Shown: in pieces, positions 62,073 through 64,000 of the stretch
How the letters are laid out: the number at the start of each line of letters is the position of its first letter
Numbering within the stretch: position 1 is the stretch's first letter
NCBI GenBank assembly: GCA_965644295.1
Contig: CBFFRP010000182.1
Coordinates: 186,001-250,000 of the forward strand
Source of the DNA: Paraphysomonas bandaiensis
Lineage: Eukaryota; Protista; Chrysophyceae
Direction of reading: 5' to 3'
DNA: 64,000 nucleotides
Position numbers and translations under genes: made by a program
Notes under the pieces: model-generated
Databases searched by the model: none
Told to the model about the DNA's origin: nothing
The model's input: the letters and a program-made list of their open reading frames with translations, nothing else

Positions 62073-63929
62073 CTATCCCGGAGAAGTTGTGGGCATCCCG
62101 TGAGCCCGCATTCTATCTTCAAGCTCGGCTTTAACCACTTCCACCTCATGAGGTTTGAACACAATATGCTCGTGATCAAAAGAACCCACTCGTCTGCGAA
62201 GATGGGAATGCTCATACTCATCTGCATCGATACCATCACGCTCCATTACTTTTCGTTTAGCTCGTTTAGGAACCCTACCCCTCAAAAAATGTCCACGACG
62301 TAGCACATTGTCAAGTTCCATGTCCCGGATAATGTCATCCATTGTCTTACCATTATAGTACTCTATCTTAGAGTTTCGATCATGAAGAATGTCATCTCGT
62401 ATCCTCAGAAGCGCCTTGCTCCAAATAGCCATCAATATCATAATATCATTACTTGATGGCAAGATTTCATCTACATCAAAGCGGTCATCATTGGCCTTTA
62501 CTCTTGATTCGGTGGATGGACGACAACATGCATTAACAAGGTCCGTCACTCTTCTCATAATTTTTTTTAAAGTTTTCTCGTTGCTATCAGATTTACGAAT
62601 TACATGATCATGTGCTACGTATTTCTTCATGATTCTTTCAGGAATAAAATAGTTCTTACATATACGCGATAGAATTATTCGATTATCCTTCTTATTATGT
62701 TTGAAGAGCTTAAGCGCAGTCCATTTCTCTGTTGTGATTTCAGCGCGGAGAGATTGGAAATGCGTCGACATGGCATCGATGTCCTCATCATCGATACGTT
62801 GTATTTTGTCCTTACTTTTTCTTTTAAGAGAGTGACCGTTTTCTCCTCGTTCCCCGTTTGCTGTATTCTGATTTCTGTAGCCGGGTTTATAGATGTCAGA
62901 ATATTTAGGCTTGCTGTCGTTGATGTTACAAGGTTGACCGTTTACTCCGCCTTCCGATTTTTCTGAAGCCTGTATGTCGTGAGCCCGCATTCTATTTTCA
63001 AGCTCGGCTTTAACCACTTCCACCTCATGAGGCTTAAACAGAATATGCTCGTGATCGAAAGAACCCACTCGTCTGCGAAGATGGGAACGCTTATACTCAT
63101 CCGCATCGATACCATCAAGCTCCATTATTTTTCGTTTAGCTCGTTTAGGAACCCTACCCCTCAAATAATGTCCACGAGGTAGCACATGGTCAAGTTCCAT
63201 GTCCCGGATAATGTCATCCATTGTCTTACCATCATAGTGCTCAATACTAGAGTTTCGATCATGAAGAATGTCATCTCGCATCTTCAGAAGCGCCTTGCTC
63301 CAAATAGCCATCAATATCATAATACCATTATTTGATGGCAAGATTTCATCTACATCGAAGCGGTCATCATTGGCCTTTACTCTTGATTCGGCGAATGGAC
63401 GACAACATGCATTAATAAGGTCCGTTACTCTTTTCTTAATTTTTTTTAAAGTTTTCTCGTTGCTATCACACATACGAATATCATGTTGTGTTGGTGTTTC
63501 TATTCGTGTTAAGTATTTCTTCATGATAACCTTAGGAATAAAATTTTTCTTGCATTTAGCCTTCAGAATTATTCGATTTTTCCCATCATGTCTGAAGAGA
63601 TGATCTTTTTTCCATTGCGTTGTTGTGATATCAGTGCGGAGCTTGTTAAAATGAGTGCACACGAGATCGATGTCCTCATCCTCGATATGACACACTGTAC
63701 AGAAGAAAGATTCGGTATTGACGTCCCACCTATAGTCAGGAACATCTTGTATGCTATTGTTATACCCTTTACAGACGCTAGTGGGAAAATCATGCATCTC
63801 ATTCGAAGAAGCACTCATGGAGCCATCACCGTTAATACTAGAGCGATAGTCATAAGCAAGATCAGAGTCAAAGTCAAACTCAGAGTCAAAGTCAAACTCA
63901 GATGCGGCATTAAAGTTCCTATCAGCCAT
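62073..63929 (-). CDS. Paralog of the giant repeat protein, with two diverged units (~618 aa)
   Basis: Same N-terminus (MAD...EFDSDLAYD...SMSASSNEMH), two domain copies (RVTDLxNACCRP, MILMAIWSK, SHLRRRVGSF.HEH..FKPHEVEVV) and the same PTTSPG end. Confidence 0.85.
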   Translation of the reverse strand: MADRNFNAASEFDFDSEFDFDSDLAYDYRSSINGDGSMSASSNEMHDFPTSVCKGYNNSIQDVPDYRWDVNTESFFCTVCHIEDEDIDLVCTHFNKLRTDITTTQWKKDHLFRHDGKNRIILKAKCKKNFIPKVIMKKYLTRIETPTQHDIRMCDSNEKTLKKIKKRVTDLINACCRPFAESRVKANDDRFDVDEILPSNNGIMILMAIWSKALLKMRDDILHDRNSSIEHYDGKTMDDIIRDMELDHVLPRGHYLRGRVPKRAKRKIMELDGIDADEYKRSHLRRRVGSFDHEHILFKPHEVEVVKAELENRMRAHDIQASEKSEGGVNGQPCNINDSKPKYSDIYKPGYRNQNTANGERGENGHSLKRKSKDKIQRIDDEDIDAMSTHFQSLRAEITTEKWTALKLFKHNKKDNRIILSRICKNYFIPERIMKKYVAHDHVIRKSDSNEKTLKKIMRRVTDLVNACCRPSTESRVKANDDRFDVDEILPSSNDIMILMAIWSKALLRIRDDILHDRNSKIEYYNGKTMDDIIRDMELDNVLRRGHFLRGRVPKRAKRKVMERDGIDADEYEHSHLRRRVGSFDHEHIVFKPHEVEVVKAELEDRMRAHGMPTTSPG

Positions 63930-64000
63930 TGCTCGTAAAGTTATCGTCAATCTGTGAATGAAGCGTATGGTAGTTCAAGAACTAGCTTGTGTCTGTGTTA

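Noticed and set aside
63170-63205. HNH nuclease motif suggested by MELDHVLPRG in the paralog
   Set aside because: The DH pair is not conserved in other units (GH, DN) and no downstream N/H with HNH spacing is evident.

Overview
A gene-dense eukaryotic window with short (about 45-130 bp) GT-AG introns. It probably comes from a flagellated protist, stramenopile-like; this taxon is inferred, not proven. Host genes include a coiled-coil protein, threonine synthase, a cAMP-receptor-like GPCR, a MORN protein, an eight-repeat annexin, a 2-TM ectodomain protein, a GH16 glucanase, a PH-PH-WW-J protein, an NCKX exchanger, PIG-U, importin-5, a CFAP96-like protein and a formyltransferase. Accessory DNA comprises an intronless minimal SNF2 ATPase, a Harbinger/ISL2EU-type DDE transposase ORF, hAT-type MITEs and a deleted hAT, a GACTAGG fold-back element family and a probable solo LTR. 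There are also several near-perfect tandem amplifications: 288 bp x2, 1466 bp x3, 75 bp x6, 894 bp x8, (CATA) x ~126 and a G-rich minisatellite. The most striking feature is an unrecognised gene family present twice in inverted orientation. One copy is a ~2,590-aa intronless ORF built from 8 near-identical 298-aa units; its paralog has 2 diverged units. The two share an identical 79-bp leader and a homologous 3' flank.
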